A stretch of 64,000 nt of DNA. Source: Carcharhinus amblyrhynchos (taxonomy: Eukaryota). The notes beneath the pieces are model-generated. The model was not told the origin of the DNA, did not search any database, and worked only from the letters and a program-made list of their open reading frames with translations. Shown in pieces: positions 11,691-24,224 of this stretch (position 1 is the stretch's first letter; the number at the start of each line of letters is the position of its first letter). The stretch spans positions 154,690,001 through 154,754,000 of the forward strand of contig OZ336870.1 of assembly GCA_965287045.1 (NCBI GenBank). Direction: 5' to 3'. Position numbers and translations under genes: made by a program.

Positions 11691-12139
11691 AATTTCTAGT
11701 ACGTCAGAAGAAAAGTCAGAAAGAAAATAATCATGTAAATTCCTGATTAACCTTACCTGAACTTTGGTGAGTCAGAACACATGAAAGTCATAGACTAAAG
11801 CTTATTAGAAAAATTGTTTTACGTGTTCATACATTCTATAAAGTGAGAGCAAATTGGTATTTTAGAATTTGGCCATTCTGCTATTTGAACTGTGCAGTTA
11901 ATCATTATGGAAGAAATATTTATGTTATAATTAACCCAAAGAATATATAAAATAATTTTAACTAACCAGCTAGTGTTCAGATATTGATTAAAAAATCATG
12001 ACCAACCAATCACCATTGTTAACTTCAGGACCACAGCAATATGTGCAGTTGAGCATTGCAAAAACATTAGTCCAAGGTCATTGTTCCGATTTTGCAGTTT
12101 AAAATAAATGGGACTATCAGGACTCTGTTGTTGAAATGT

Positions 12140-12632
12140 AAAGTTTAAAGTTTATTTATTAGTGCCGCAAGTAGGTTTACATTAACACTGCAATGATGTT
12201 ACTGTGAAAATCCTCTAGTCGATACACTACGGTGTCTGGGTACACTGCAGGAGAATTTAGCATGGCCAATGCACCTAACCAGGACGTCTTTCAGACTGGG
12301 GGTGGGGGGGGGGGGGAGGNNNNNNNNNNNNNNNNNNNNNNNNNNNNNNNNNNNNNNNNNNNNNNNNNNNNNNNNNNNNNNNNNNNNNNNNNNNNNNNNN
12401 NNNNNNNNNNNNNNNNNNNNNNNNNNNNNNNNNNNNNNNNNNNNNNNNNNNNNNNNNNNNNNNNNNGGGGTGCGCGTGATGTGTGGAGAGAACCGAGCCC
12501 CAGAGGAAATCCATGCAGATAAGGGGAGAATGTGCAAACTTGACACAGCCAGTGAACTAAGCCAGGAATTGACAGGAATTGAACCCGGATCCCTGGGGCT
12601 ATGAAGCAGCAATGCTTGCCAGTGTGTCACCC
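12140..12632 (-). mobile_element. V-SINE, second subfamily (AATAAATAAACTTTA tail), spanning an assembly gap
   Basis: Reverse-complement head, V-domain and tail (TAAAGTTTAAAGTTTATTTATTAG). Confidence 0.85.
12320..12466. other. Assembly gap (147 N) flanked by G runs
   Basis: Run of n characters. Confidence 0.99.
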
Positions 12633-13519
12633 ATATTGTAAATTGCACATTCACAGTTAAATTAGGAAAGTAGGAAGTTGCTGTCCGAGTTATCCCACTC
12701 TTCCAGAAGATTTGCTGCAGCAGTTGGCTGCCAAAAGGTTTGGCATTGAAACACATGAAATGATGTGAAGATGAGGTACTTGTGTAATGGATGCACTTTA
12801 AGCACGACAGATAAAGTTATGGCTTGTTCATTCCTGGGTAATTAAATCCTTAATCGTGTGACAACTCTTAATTACTATCAAACAATCACTCTTGCAATTA
12901 AAATAGCTTTTTCAAGTGTGGTCTCTAATTCCTTCAGATGTTAATTTTAGATATATAAAAAATGTAATTTTTCAAATCTTTTTTTGGTCTCTTTTATCTC
13001 TCTCAACTCCATTTTTCTTGCCTGTTGTTCCCGTGCATGATTTGACATTGAATTAACTATTCCAACTTATAATTCCTGCTTCAAACTCTGCCGTAGGTGC
13101 CAATTATAAAGCTGCAGTAAGCATCCCGACTATTTTGTGATTACTTGTCATTAAGTCATAATTCCTGTGGCCTTGAGAACTCCTGTTTCTGCTATGAGCT
13201 CTTCTTATGAGCTTGCTGAGTTGACATATTCCAGCTTTGTTTAAGCTCTAAATAGGGGTTACACAGGTCAACTTAAATTGGAGAACATTCACCCAGCCTT
13301 TTTTAAACACACTCTTTTGGAAAAAGCTGTCGTTTTACCAGGAATTTAATCTCAGCAAAATTGACATCTTCATCAATTGCCAGTGCACTGAAATGCCCTC
13401 TGCAAATAACAGAATTATGCCTTCACTAGTTCACATCATTATTTATTTGTTACACCAGCTAATGCATATAGTGGGCAAATTGCACTGCCACAAATTGCCC
13501 ACTATAAACAATGTCAGTG

Positions 13520-14003
13520 ATAAGGAACATAGGAAGGAGGAGCAGAAGTAGGCAAATTCATCCCTCCAGCCTTCCCCGCCATTCAATCAAATCATGGCTG
13601 ATCTCTCCCTGGTCACAAATCCATCTCCCCACCTGTTCCCCATATCCCTCTTTCCTTTTTTTATTAGAAATGTGTCTATCTCCTTCTTGAAACCATTCAA
13701 CGATTCAAATCCACCACGCTATGGGGCAGCGAGTTTCAGAAATTCACCATTCTCTCTGCGAGAAGTGGTTCCTCCTCATCTCAGTTTTAAATCTACCACC
13801 TCTCAACCTATACCTTGACTTCTTGTTTGAGATTGCCTCATAAGAGGAAACATTTGGTCTACATTTACTTTATCAATCCCATTTACAATTCTATATACCT
13901 TGATCAAATCTTTTCTTCTAAACTCCAGAGAGTACAAACTCAAACTGTTTAATCTCTCCTCATACATCAGTCCCTTCATCCTCAAAATTAATCTGGTGAA
14001 CAA
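13520..14003 (-). mobile_element. 5'-truncated CR1 3' end
   Basis: Minus-strand RFTRLILRMKGLMYEERLNSLSLYSLEFRR; tail at 13520-13535. Confidence 0.85.
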
Positions 14004-14494
14004 AGCTATGCATAAATAACTTGGCAAGTTCCTACAGTTGCAGTTATGAAGGTTTATCTTAAATGATAAATTAGGAATCCCATTGTGTTGCACATCATCA
14101 AAGTTGAAGAGGGTGTGAGAGAAGATAAGGCAAGTCAGAATGTTGTGATTAAGTGATCCTTTGACTTTAAAATTTACAGCATGTCAGAGGAACAGAAGAC
14201 CAAAGACATATTCAGGTTCTGGGAAGCAGTGAGGTAAAGTCAGAAACAGTGCAATGAGCACTGATGTCAACACACAAAACGTCATGCTCTGCTCAGTGCT
14301 TTGACCAGTTCTATTCCTGACTTTGGCTACGCCGAAAGCAATGCAGCCAAAGTTAGCAACAAAATTAATCTGGATCCCATTGCTCTGTGGCACTGGCCTT
14401 TTAACATTTCTACTATTTGCATTACATACAATGAGAGATATTGAGATAACCAAACTGCAATGTTGGGTATGGTGAAGGAATTGATAAACTGTTC

Positions 14495-14546
14495 TACAAA
14501 TCCACTTTGTAACCACATTATACAAATCCACTTTGTAACCACATTA
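14495..14546. repeat. Perfect 26-bp tandem duplication
   Basis: TACAAATCCACTTTGTAACCACATTA twice. Confidence 0.95.
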
Positions 14547-15089
14547 CATGCTAAAGAATTGCAATTCAAAGATCAGAAACTTGATAAATTTATCAGGAAA
14601 AGAAAGGACAGAATTAAGGGCCACTTTAACTGAGCCACATGGATCTTTGAAGAAATTTATATTGAAGTCTATAAGTTTTAAATAATAACTCATTCAGTAA
14701 GGTTCCCAGTGAGTCTGGGATTATTGGCTCTTTGACCCAGAAGGAACTTTAGGTTTAACCATTCTAACATGTTTCTGATATGAACTCAGATTCAGGATTG
14801 TGAAGGAATTCTTTCTCACATTTTGACCAAGGAAAAGAAACTGGAATGTTCAGGATAAAGGTGTGAATTAGTGTGTTAATGAGCTAGACTCAGAATTAAT
14901 GAGTCAGCCATTGACATTGTTAACATAACAATCTGGGACAATAGGTTGTTTATAATTTTGTTTCAGCCAGTGTTTACAAATTACATGTTGGGTCAGGTTG
15001 TGTTTTTCTGTACAGTGCAAGGATTTGGGAGGGCAATAGCCAATTGAATTGGCAGCACTACAGGCCAACATCTCAGTCAGTGGATCAGA

Positions 15090-15220
15090 GAGTCAGAGTT
15101 TTACCATCCCGCCTGCCGTGGGAATCGTTGTGGGCACAACATGGACCATACAAAGGTCTGTTGACCTCGGGTGAGATTTTCCAGTCTTGGAGCAAATGCG
15201 GCTGGAAAATCTCACCCTCA
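15090..15220. mobile_element. About 130-bp MITE-like element (related copies at about 37510-37640, 49500-49617, 50525-50625)
   Basis: Imperfect TIR-like ends (GAGTTTTACC...GGAAAATCTCACCC) and a shared TTGACCTCG / GAGGTCAATGG core. Confidence 0.6.
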
Positions 15221-15375
15221 GAAATAAAACTTTCCAATTCCTGTCTGTAAATGATATACTGGACCAAAGGACAACACTAACTCAATTGGGAAGCCAGCTG
15301 CAAAAAGCAGGCCTAGGTGTAGGCCGGAAACTATGAAAGGACCCAGCAAGATTTCAGACAGTGAAGTAAACCAGA

Positions 15376-15648
15376 TGGCATGGTGGTTAGCACTACTGTC
15401 TCTCAGCACCAGGGACTTGGGTTCAATTCCCGGCTTGAGTCAGTGTCTGTGTGGAGTTTGCACGTTCTCCCGTGTCTGCGTAAGTTTCCTGCAGGTGCTC
15501 CGGCTTCCTCCCACACTCCAAAAATGTGTGAGTTAGATTGTTTGGACATGATAAATTGCCCCTGAGTGTCAGGGGGACTCGGATTGTTGTCAGTGCGGCC
15601 TCGATGGGCCAAATGGCCGCCTTCTGTTCTGTAGATTCTCTGATTCTG
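15376..15648 (+). mobile_element. HE1-type V-SINE
   Basis: GTGGTTAGCACT head, GGTTCAATTCCC B-box, V-domain, CR1-type tail. Confidence 0.9.
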
Positions 15649-16569
15649 TTAACAGTAAAATAAAAGCAAAATACTGTGGACACTGGAAAATTAAGAAATT
15701 TCATTTGGACTTGAGGCTTTGGGTGGGATTTTCTGGCCATACCTGCTGGTGGGATCTTTTGTTCCCGACAACAGTGATCCCCTGCAAATTTGATGCTGGG
15801 GAGTCAGGCCCATGATTTTCCACGCAGTTACTTGGATAACAAAAAACATTGATCAGGCCAATGGAAACTATCTGTCATTTGACATGACATATCCTGTACT
15901 GCTCTTGTAAATGCAATTAAAACCCCAGAGAGTTTACCAAACTTTAATGATGAATAAGTAGCTCGTATGAAAGTCTCAACTGAATCGTTCCAATCCATCA
16001 CTGCAGAGTTGCACTTCAATTGCAAATCCTCATAAACTCTTGGGGCAATAGGGAACATTAGTTTATTTTTAAAATTCAAAAAATTCCTGCTGACACCAGA
16101 CCTAATAACCATGATGTGATTTACTGAATATGTGGCCTTTCATTGAATATGGTGTAGAATTCACCCTATATGTATACATATATAGCAACATTCTTATCAA
16201 AGATTAGAAGGATATTGCTGAATTGAATGCTTCCCATCAAGTATAGGAGAATTGTATCATCATCATTATTTTAAGGCATTGAGAAATGTTTAAAAAGTTC
16301 TTGAGACCATTATGATTATGAAGTCTCACCCTCGGGTTCTGATGCAATGGACACAGATGAAGAATGGAAATTGCAGAAAACCAGCCAATAGATTTTTTTT
16401 CAGAACAACCATAACCTGGCTTTGGTGTAACAACAAGTTGCAATGGGAAATTACACTTCTTTTATGGTTTGTTCCAATTGATTGTGCTTGTTGATAGGTT
16501 CTATATTAAAATTGTTTAAATCCCTCCATCAGTACAGAATGAAATCCTTGAATTGAAATGGAACGCGGA

Positions 16570-16815
16570 AAATCTTTTCTTCGGCAGTAAGAGATTAGGA
16601 TCTGGATTGCATTGTCCGAGAGTGTGGTCAAGGCAGATTCAGTCATGAGTTCTAAAGGGAATTAGATCATTATCTGAGGAGGAAAAGTTTGTAGGGCTTT
16701 GGGGAGCAAGGTGGGGGACTGATACAAGCTGAGTTGTTCTTTGCTGAAAGGTGACACAAATATGATGGGTTGAATCCTCACCTTCTGTGTTGTAACCAAT
16801 CTATGATTCTATGAA
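16570..16815 (+). mobile_element. Old CR1 3' end with (GATTCTAT) tail
   Basis: Degenerate C-terminal segment ending CCTTCTGTGTTGTAACCAATCTATGATTCTATG. Confidence 0.65.
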
Positions 16816-16992
16816 TTCAATGAATCAACGTGCACCTGTGTAAAGGAGATGGATTGATCTATTTTTACATTATCTATTTGTGAGCTTATTTAGAGTTTTC
16901 TGCTTTCAGTTAAGCTGAATGGTAATGTTGGGTGCCAGTACAACTGTGTGCATGAATGGAACATCAAAAATGTTTTGCTGGTTTGAACTTGT

Positions 16993-17695
16993 GATTTGAT
17001 TTGATTTATTATTGTTGCATGTATTGATATTTGGTGAAAAGTATTGTTCCTTGTGCGCTGTACAAACAGATCATAGCATTCATTGAGAAGGAAAGGAGAG
17101 AATGCAGAATGTAGTGTTACAGTCATAGCTATGGTGTAAAAGATCAACTTAGGTCCATTCAATAGTCTGATGACAGCAAAGAAGAAGCTGTTTTTGAGCT
17201 GATAAGTACATGACCCGACGGAAGAAAGTGGAAGAGAGTATGTCCGGTTGCGTGGGGTCCTTGAATATGCTGGGTACTTTTCCGAGGCAGAGGAAGGTGT
17301 AGTCAGTATCAATGGATGGGAGGCTGGTTTGAGTGATGGACTGGGCTTCATTCACGAACCTTCGTATTTTCTTGTGGTCTTGGCAGAGCAGGAGCCATAC
17401 TAAGCTGTGATAGAACCAGAAAGAATGCTTTCTATAGTGCGTCTGTTGGTGAGTGTTGTAGTGCACATGCCAAATTTCCTTAGCCTCCTGAGAAAGTTGA
17501 GATGTTGGTGGGTTTTCTTAACTATAACGTCAACATGGAAGGACCAGGACAGGTTGTGGGCGTTCTGCACACCTAAAAACTTGAAGCTCTTGACCATTTT
17601 GACTTTGCCCCCATTGGTGTGGACAGGAGCATGCCCTCCACCAGGCTTCCTGAATTCGATGACTATCTCTTTCATTTTGTTGACATTGTTGACTA
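16993..17695 (-). mobile_element. Rex1/Babar-type LINE 3' remnant
   Basis: SFKFLGV..NLSWSFHVD.IVKK.HQHL.FLRRLRKFGM, IESILSGSITA, LKNSFF.AVIRLLN; tail AATAAATCAAATCAAATCA. Confidence 0.85.
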
Positions 17696-18881
17696 CTGTA
17701 CCTACCCCAACTCTCCTATATGTTCTGTCTCCCTTTGAGGTACATCTGCACAGATGCCAATCACCATTCAATGGCGCGCTCAAAGATCCATTCTTTCATG
17801 AACTATTATGTGTGCTAGGAGGCTTCGTACCCTATGCTGCTTTCATAGCTGGGCCCTTCGCAGATTCTCACTTTCAGCAGGCATTGTATGGTAGCAGCCA
17901 TGTCATCTGCTTGATATTTACTTCTTCCCTGTTTAGCCTGAAGGTGTTGCATTCAATTATGTTGTTTTTGTGGCGGAAGCAGAGTTCCATCATACTTCAG
18001 CAACAACTTTTGTAACTTCTGTCATTTGATGCTACTTTAAAGTTTGAAGATTGGCTTCAAGTAGGTTTTGTAAAACAATCATTTCCCTTGATATTTGGAG
18101 CGAACAATATACCAAGATGTGTGGAAAATGCCATATCTCCAAGGGAGGCTATCTACCTAACTTGTTTCCTCAGGGATGCCATTGCTATTATTCATAAACT
18201 AATTAAGAAACCACCTCATGTCCTTGAAATAGTAAAGCACATAATGTTGCCAACTGCAGAAGAAATGAAACTCGTTATCTTGGATTGCTGAACCATCAAA
18301 GGAATTTCATGTCAGTTGAAACTATGATGTGTGATTTTTTAAGCCTTTTCAAGATGCCATGAGGAAATGAATATATAGCAAGCCGAGAGTTTGCATCAAT
18401 CTACTATAACTGATTAATATAAGGATTCTCTGACAAGTGAGAGAGAACCTTGTTGCTTTAGTATGTTGAAATATTCCCTTTGGAGTACCAGATAAATTGT
18501 ATAAATGCTGAGGTATTTTCCTTGGCTTCTCAGTTCTCTGCCTTGACAGTCTGTTTTGGTATGAGATAGTGTAGGCAGCCCTGTAGGAATCAAACGTCCA
18601 TAAGACCTTCGACAGAAGCTCCAATATTTACTGAAGTCGTTTTCTTGAGCTGAGTTTAGTGAGGAATTATGTCAAACACTAAGGGAGATTTAACTCCATG
18701 GTGTGTGTGAAACAAGTCTGATTAAAAGGCTTGTCTGTCTGTTGAGCAGGAATGCCATTGGATAGACCATAGCCCAAGAGGAGACATAGGTTTGATGCAT
18801 GTTGAGATTAGAGCCTTCCCGAGTAGGTAGAGCTTGATTAGGAGGTGTTATGTGTCAACTGGTAGCTACCACAAAAATAAA

Positions 18882-20300
18882 AGTAATGAGGTGCCACACT
18901 AGTGGATTACAGTAAAACACGATGCATGTTTATTAAGATATTGCTTATTCCAGGTTTAAGCTGGAAGAGCCCCTCTCTGCTTACATCACTACAGATCATG
19001 TGACATGAGACTAGAAAAGATTCAACCACTTTAAATACACAATGTCCCTCCCCTTTTACTTCTTTTGTCCCCAAACGGCAACTTTTCCCAATGTTTCAAC
19101 AACGGACCCAATTAAACATCATTATTTCCCATATATATAATTAAGAAGAATGTCTATCAGATGGACATTCATTTCTTTTGGGTTGCACTAGACATTCTGG
19201 AATTTAGCAACTTGAATCCTCCAAAGTTTCCTTCTTTTTCTTCTGTTAGTAATTCTTCATGTGAAACTATTTCAGTATCAGTTTCATTGGTGTTGAAGAT
19301 TCTTCAGAAACAATAAATGATTTTGTCTCTGTGGTTAGCTCTTGTTCAGATGTATTATTATTTAACATTTCTGATGTAAATATTTTTGGTGATTCTTCAG
19401 TGTTTTTACTTCTTGAGGCTAATGCCTTGATGGTATGATGTTACCAAACTCTCTCATCGTTTGTCTGTATGGTGTAAGAAACTGGATCTGTTTTTGTTAA
19501 AATAACAGCAGGTACCCATTTTTCTTTGGTAGTTTAACTTCTTGCCAGTACTTGTTCTCACTGAATAAAAACTCTCTTTTTACAGTTTTGTTCTCTCCTA
19601 GCAATCTGTGATTTTTATTCCTGAAGTATCAGCTGGAATCAAAAGATCAAATTTTGTTCTAAGTTTCCTTTTTAAAATCAGCATCACTGAGTTCTGTGTT
19701 GCTGTGTGCACAATGTTCTTGTAGGATAACAAGAATTTATTTTCTCATCTTTATGATGTCCCTTGGACCTTTGATGCCTTTATGAGTGTTTTAGTGATTG
19801 TACAAATCATTCAGCCAATCCATTCGTTACTGGATAGTACAGAGACACTTTGATGATGTATTGGACACCATTTCCTTTCAAATGGTCTTCGAACTCTTTT
19901 AAAATAAACAGTGTAACATTGTCCCTTATGATTTGCTGAGGTCTACCAAATCTCAGCAAATACTTCATCCAACTTTTCGTAGCCTGCCCTGCTATTATGG
20001 ATTTCATAATCACTACTTACGGCCATTTAGAATGTGCACCTACCAACACTAGGAACATGTGTTTTCCTATTGAGTCAGCGTAATCAATGTGAACTCTGCT
20101 ATGGCAGTTTTGGCCATTTCGATGGATTTAAGGGTTGCAGTGGTGGAGTGTTCCTTGATTTTGTACTGGACTGCCGTTGTCCACTTTCTCTAATCCTGGC
20201 CACTAAAAATAATTATGTGCCAGTTCCTTTATTCTTAGCACACCTGAATGTCCCTTGTTTAGTTGTACATGGATTCTTCCATGCAAACACGGAGGAATAG
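18882..20300 (-). mobile_element. Ty3/Gypsy remnant: integrase, PPT and 3' LTR
   Basis: Minus-strand RVHIDYA and YYPVTNGLAE*FVQ. PPT AAAAGGGGAGGGA precedes TGTGTATT at 19041. Confidence 0.8.
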
Positions 20301-20387
20301 TCACTCACATTCCCTGTAGTAAAGCTCAACATGGGGATGTTGAGGAGAAATTGCAGGGGTGTGAAGACATTGGAAGGAGATCAGTTC

Positions 20388-20793
20388 AGGGAAAAAGGAG
20401 GGGGATGTGTGGGAGATCTCATGATTTCTGTAGGGTGTTAGGGCGATGGAACTGTGCCTGGGGAAATATTCCAATGCGGGAGAGGTTGGGAATTGTTTTG
20501 TAGAATAGCTAAGTGGGAAAAGAGGAAACACTCACGTTCCCCTTGATCCACAAGCAGTGCTGAAAAGTCTATTATAATGTAACCAATGATAACATTGGAA
20601 TCTGTTATCATGTAACCAATGGTAACATACTGTGAGGGTCAGTTGACCTAGTATAAATAGAAAGCAGATGGGGATTGTGGGGTGGTGTGGTCTGAGTGTT
20701 GGTAGAATGAAGTTTCTTTATTAAACTTTTTTCTTTGATCTACTTTCTGAAGTTAGTTGCTTGCAATTGAAGATCCTTACCACTGGATGAACA
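20388..20793 (+). mobile_element. PPT plus 3' LTR (TGT...ACA) of an LTR/ERV-like element
   Basis: GAAAAAGGAGGGGGA directly before TGTGT (20406), two ATGTAACCAATG CCAAT boxes, TATAAATA, ATTAAA, ends GGATGAACA. 3' half is similar to 49021-49496. Confidence 0.7.
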
Positions 20794-21517
20794 ATGAACT
20801 GATGGATTAGTCCTGTTCCGCTTCCTCCTTGTTAGATTTTACCAGGCTTGGTAAACCCAGCCAATTTGGACAAAAACAGAAGTCTTGTTCAAATGAATGC
20901 ACACAGTTTCCTGAAAGAATTTCAGTGACCAACTTGTCTCCTGAGTGCAAATTAATCACCCACCCTCATCTTGTATCTGCTAAAACTGGAAGTCATTTTT
21001 TTGAAGATGGTTGGGTTCCTGTTTCAGAATTTTAACACTTTATTTTCTCACATGATCCAAACCCACTCATTTTTATGAATTAAAATTTCTCCTCAGTTAA
21101 AATCTGGAAAGAACTACTAAGACTTTAGGGACAGCCTAAGTCATACTGTTCGTTATTTGTGGCATTTGTTTTTGCTTCTTTGTAATATTTTTCATTTAAA
21201 TAAATTCAAGAATATGCTGGCCAAGCTCTGTGCAATTATTAATCCTATGGCAGACTTTTCTTTTCAGCTCTGTGATGATACTGTGTCTTTAAGAAATGTT
21301 TCTTGTGAAAAATATGTTGAAAATTCAATTCTGGTTTACAGTGCTGATTCATCTGCTCCAGGCAGCCCACGTGCTGAGAATGCAGCAGAATAATTGATCC
21401 TAGATCGAAAAATATGGGTGGCTGGAAAGCCATAAGGCATAGAAAACCTGCAGGAGAAACTGCCTATGACGTTCTCGCCTAATCGCCTTCTACTCACTGC
21501 GGTGGCACTCATACTTA

Positions 21518-21860
21518 GGTGGCACAGTAGCACAGTGGTTAGCACTGCTGCTTCACAGCTCCAGGAACCTGGGGTCGAAAACCCAACTCGGGTCACTGTC
21601 TGTTGGAGTTTGCACATTCTCCCCGTGTCTGCACGGGTTTCCTCCAGGGGCTCCGGTTTCCTCCCAAGTCCAAAGATGTGTGGGTTAGGTTGATTGGCCA
21701 GGCTAAATTGCCCCTTAGTGTCCCGGGATGTGTAGATTAGTGGGTAAAATATGTAGAGATACACAGATAGGGCCTGGGTGGGATTGTTTTCGGTGCAGAC
21801 TCGATGGGCTGAATAGCCTCTTTTGCACTGTAGGATTTCTAAGGTTTCTATGGTTTCTAT
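21518..21860 (+). mobile_element. HE1-type V-SINE
   Basis: Head, V-domain and TTTCTA-repeat tail. Confidence 0.92.
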
Positions 21861-22302
21861 TTACATGATACCATCAGAAAAGGGGACTGGAAAATGCAGT
21901 GTAATCAGACATGCAGTAGATTTCCTATGGAATATGGGTCAATCAACAAGTGGACCTTATGAATCCTGATGTGTGAGCGAGGGTAGAAATTGGATGGATG
22001 GTTTCCAGTTGGTCATATTTCATATGTGAGACTAGATGGTGAATGTTAACAGACTGCTAGGGTTGGAGGAAGCAGTGGCAGAAAGCAATCTTCTCCTCAC
22101 TCAACATTTATGCTGGAAGATGCTTCGGGGTCCAAACCCTGGCTGACCTTTTTCTCTCTTTCTGGCCTAGTATGCTGAGACCAAATATAACAGCCTTCAC
22201 TATCTTCCTGATGTTGGGAAACTCAGGATAAAAAAGGGGATCATGCTTGTTCACGTTAGTTGATTACTAAAATTTATCACCGATCACGTCACATATAAAC
22301 TT

Positions 22303-22611
22303 TCATAGCATACAGAATTCCTACAGGATAGAAGGAGGCCATTCAGTCCATCAACTATGTACCAACCACAATCCCACCCAGGCCCTATTTCCGTAATCCC
22401 CCTGACACTAGGTCATTTAGCATGTCTAATCAACCGAACCCACACATCTTTGGATTGTGGGAGGAAACCGGAGCACCTGGAGGAAACCCACACAGACGTG
22501 GAGAAAAAGTGCAAACTCCACACTGACAGTGACCCAAGGGCAGAATTGAACACATGTCCCTGGCGCTGTGAGACAGCAGTGCTAGCCACCATGCCACCTA
22601 AACACTGTGCC
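22303..22611 (-). mobile_element. HE1-type V-SINE
   Basis: Reverse-complement V-domain GTGGGAGGAAACCGGAGCACCTGGAGGAAACCCAC. Confidence 0.9.
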
Positions 22612-23188
22612 GTCCTTGAGATTATTTTTAAACCTCAGCTTTTCTCTATCCTGGACTTAATATAATCAAGTTGATTCTTACATATGTTAATTCTCGGTTT
22701 AGGTTTCGTCTTGATTTTTTTCTCATAATCATCTATCATTATTTTGATTATCCCCTATTTGTGCTCTTGTCCGCTGTGATCTGAAAATTGGAGTTTTTCA
22801 TAAAACTAGGACACTGTAGAATATGCAAGCATATCGTCGAATCATACAGTGCAGAAAGAAGCCCTTCGGCCCATCGAGTCGGCACCCTCAGCTGTATCTG
22901 CAGCTAAATAGTGTTGGCAAATGACTAGTGATGTCACTGATTTATTAACTTTATATACGTGGCAGAAAGAATTGCAACTGCATTATCCAGTCCTGAATAA
23001 AAATTTATGGAATTAAGAATGGGTGTTTAGATGAATGTATATTCCAGATTTCAATTTGAAGCTTCTAAACTTGTTGTTTTAAAATCTGCAGCAGCCAAAA
23101 TATTGTGAAATGCTACCTTAACTCACTGGATATGCATATAGTAATTAATTACCTGCTAAATTATTTGCAGCAAGGTTAGCTCTCTTTC

Positions 23189-24224
23189 AGAAATACAGGG
23201 ATATGCTGACAGTAATGACTTGAAACGGTTCATTGAAGTCCTCAACACTCTCTATGGACCTCAATCTCTTGGGAGTTCCACCCTCCTGAGTACAGATGGT
23301 ACAACTCTCATTACAGAGAGGGGTCAGACCCTGCAGAGATGGGCTGAACACTTTGAAGCCGTCCTCAACCGACCGTCATCTATTAACAATGAGGCAATAG
23401 ACAGGATTCCCCAGGTCGCTATCGACAGCACCCTGGATGACCCACCGGTAGTAGCCGAAGTCACGAAAGCTATCATCCAGCTATCCAGTCCAGGGGCAGA
23501 CACTATACCCGCAGAGATCTACAAAGCTGCAGGTCCTGTACTTACAGAGAAGCTCACTGAGTGGTTCCAGTCGTTTTGGAAACAAGGATCCATTCCTCAG
23601 GAACTTAAAGATGTTTCCTTCGTACACCTCTACAAGAGAAAGGGCAAACGGCAAATATGCAACAACCACTGAGGAATTTCGCTGCTCTCCATTGCAGGAA
23701 AACCCTTGCAAGAGTCCTGCTAAATCATCTGGTCACTCATCTGGAGCTGGGCCTGCTTCCAGAGTCACAGTGTGGCTTCCGCAAAGGTCGCGGGACTACT
23801 GGCATGATTTTTGCTGTGCGCCAACTTCAGGAGAAGTGTCAGGAGTAGAATCACAAGCTCTACACAACCTTTATTGACTTCGCGAAAGCCTTCGACACTG
23901 TCAGACAACAAGGCTGTGGAGGATCATGTCAAAGTTCGGCTCCCCCCCCCCCCCCCCCCCCCCCCCCGCAAATTTATTCAGATGGTACACCAGTTCCATG
24001 ATGGCCAGAGTACTGGATGGCGGAGAATCCTTTAAGGCATCCCCACTCGCCAATGGCGTCAAACAAGGCTGTGTGCTCGCACCCACACTGTTCAGCATGA
24101 TGTTTATTGCCATGCTGAATGATGCCTTCCAGGACAGTGTTGTTGGAATCAGCCTCAAGTACAGAGTGGATGGGAAGCTCTTCAATCTGAGGTCCTCGTC
24201 AACGATGATGGATGAACAACAACA
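23189..24224 (+). mobile_element. RTE-clade LINE fragment, internally deleted, (CAA)n tail, 38-bp TSD
   Basis: LQRWAEHF..VLNRPS, PGAD.IPAEIYK, LPESQCGFRKGRGT, GVKQGCVLAPTLF, YRVDGKLFNLR, then GATGGATGAACAACAACAA. TSD at 23151-23188 and 24225-24262. Confidence 0.92.

Noticed and set aside
17407-18015. 202-aa hydrophobic ORF
   Set aside because: First half is antisense to the Rex1/Babar remnant; no recognisable domain.
21342-21393. Protein-like ADSSAPGSPRAENAAE after TTTACAG
   Set aside because: Short, unrecognised, no downstream support.
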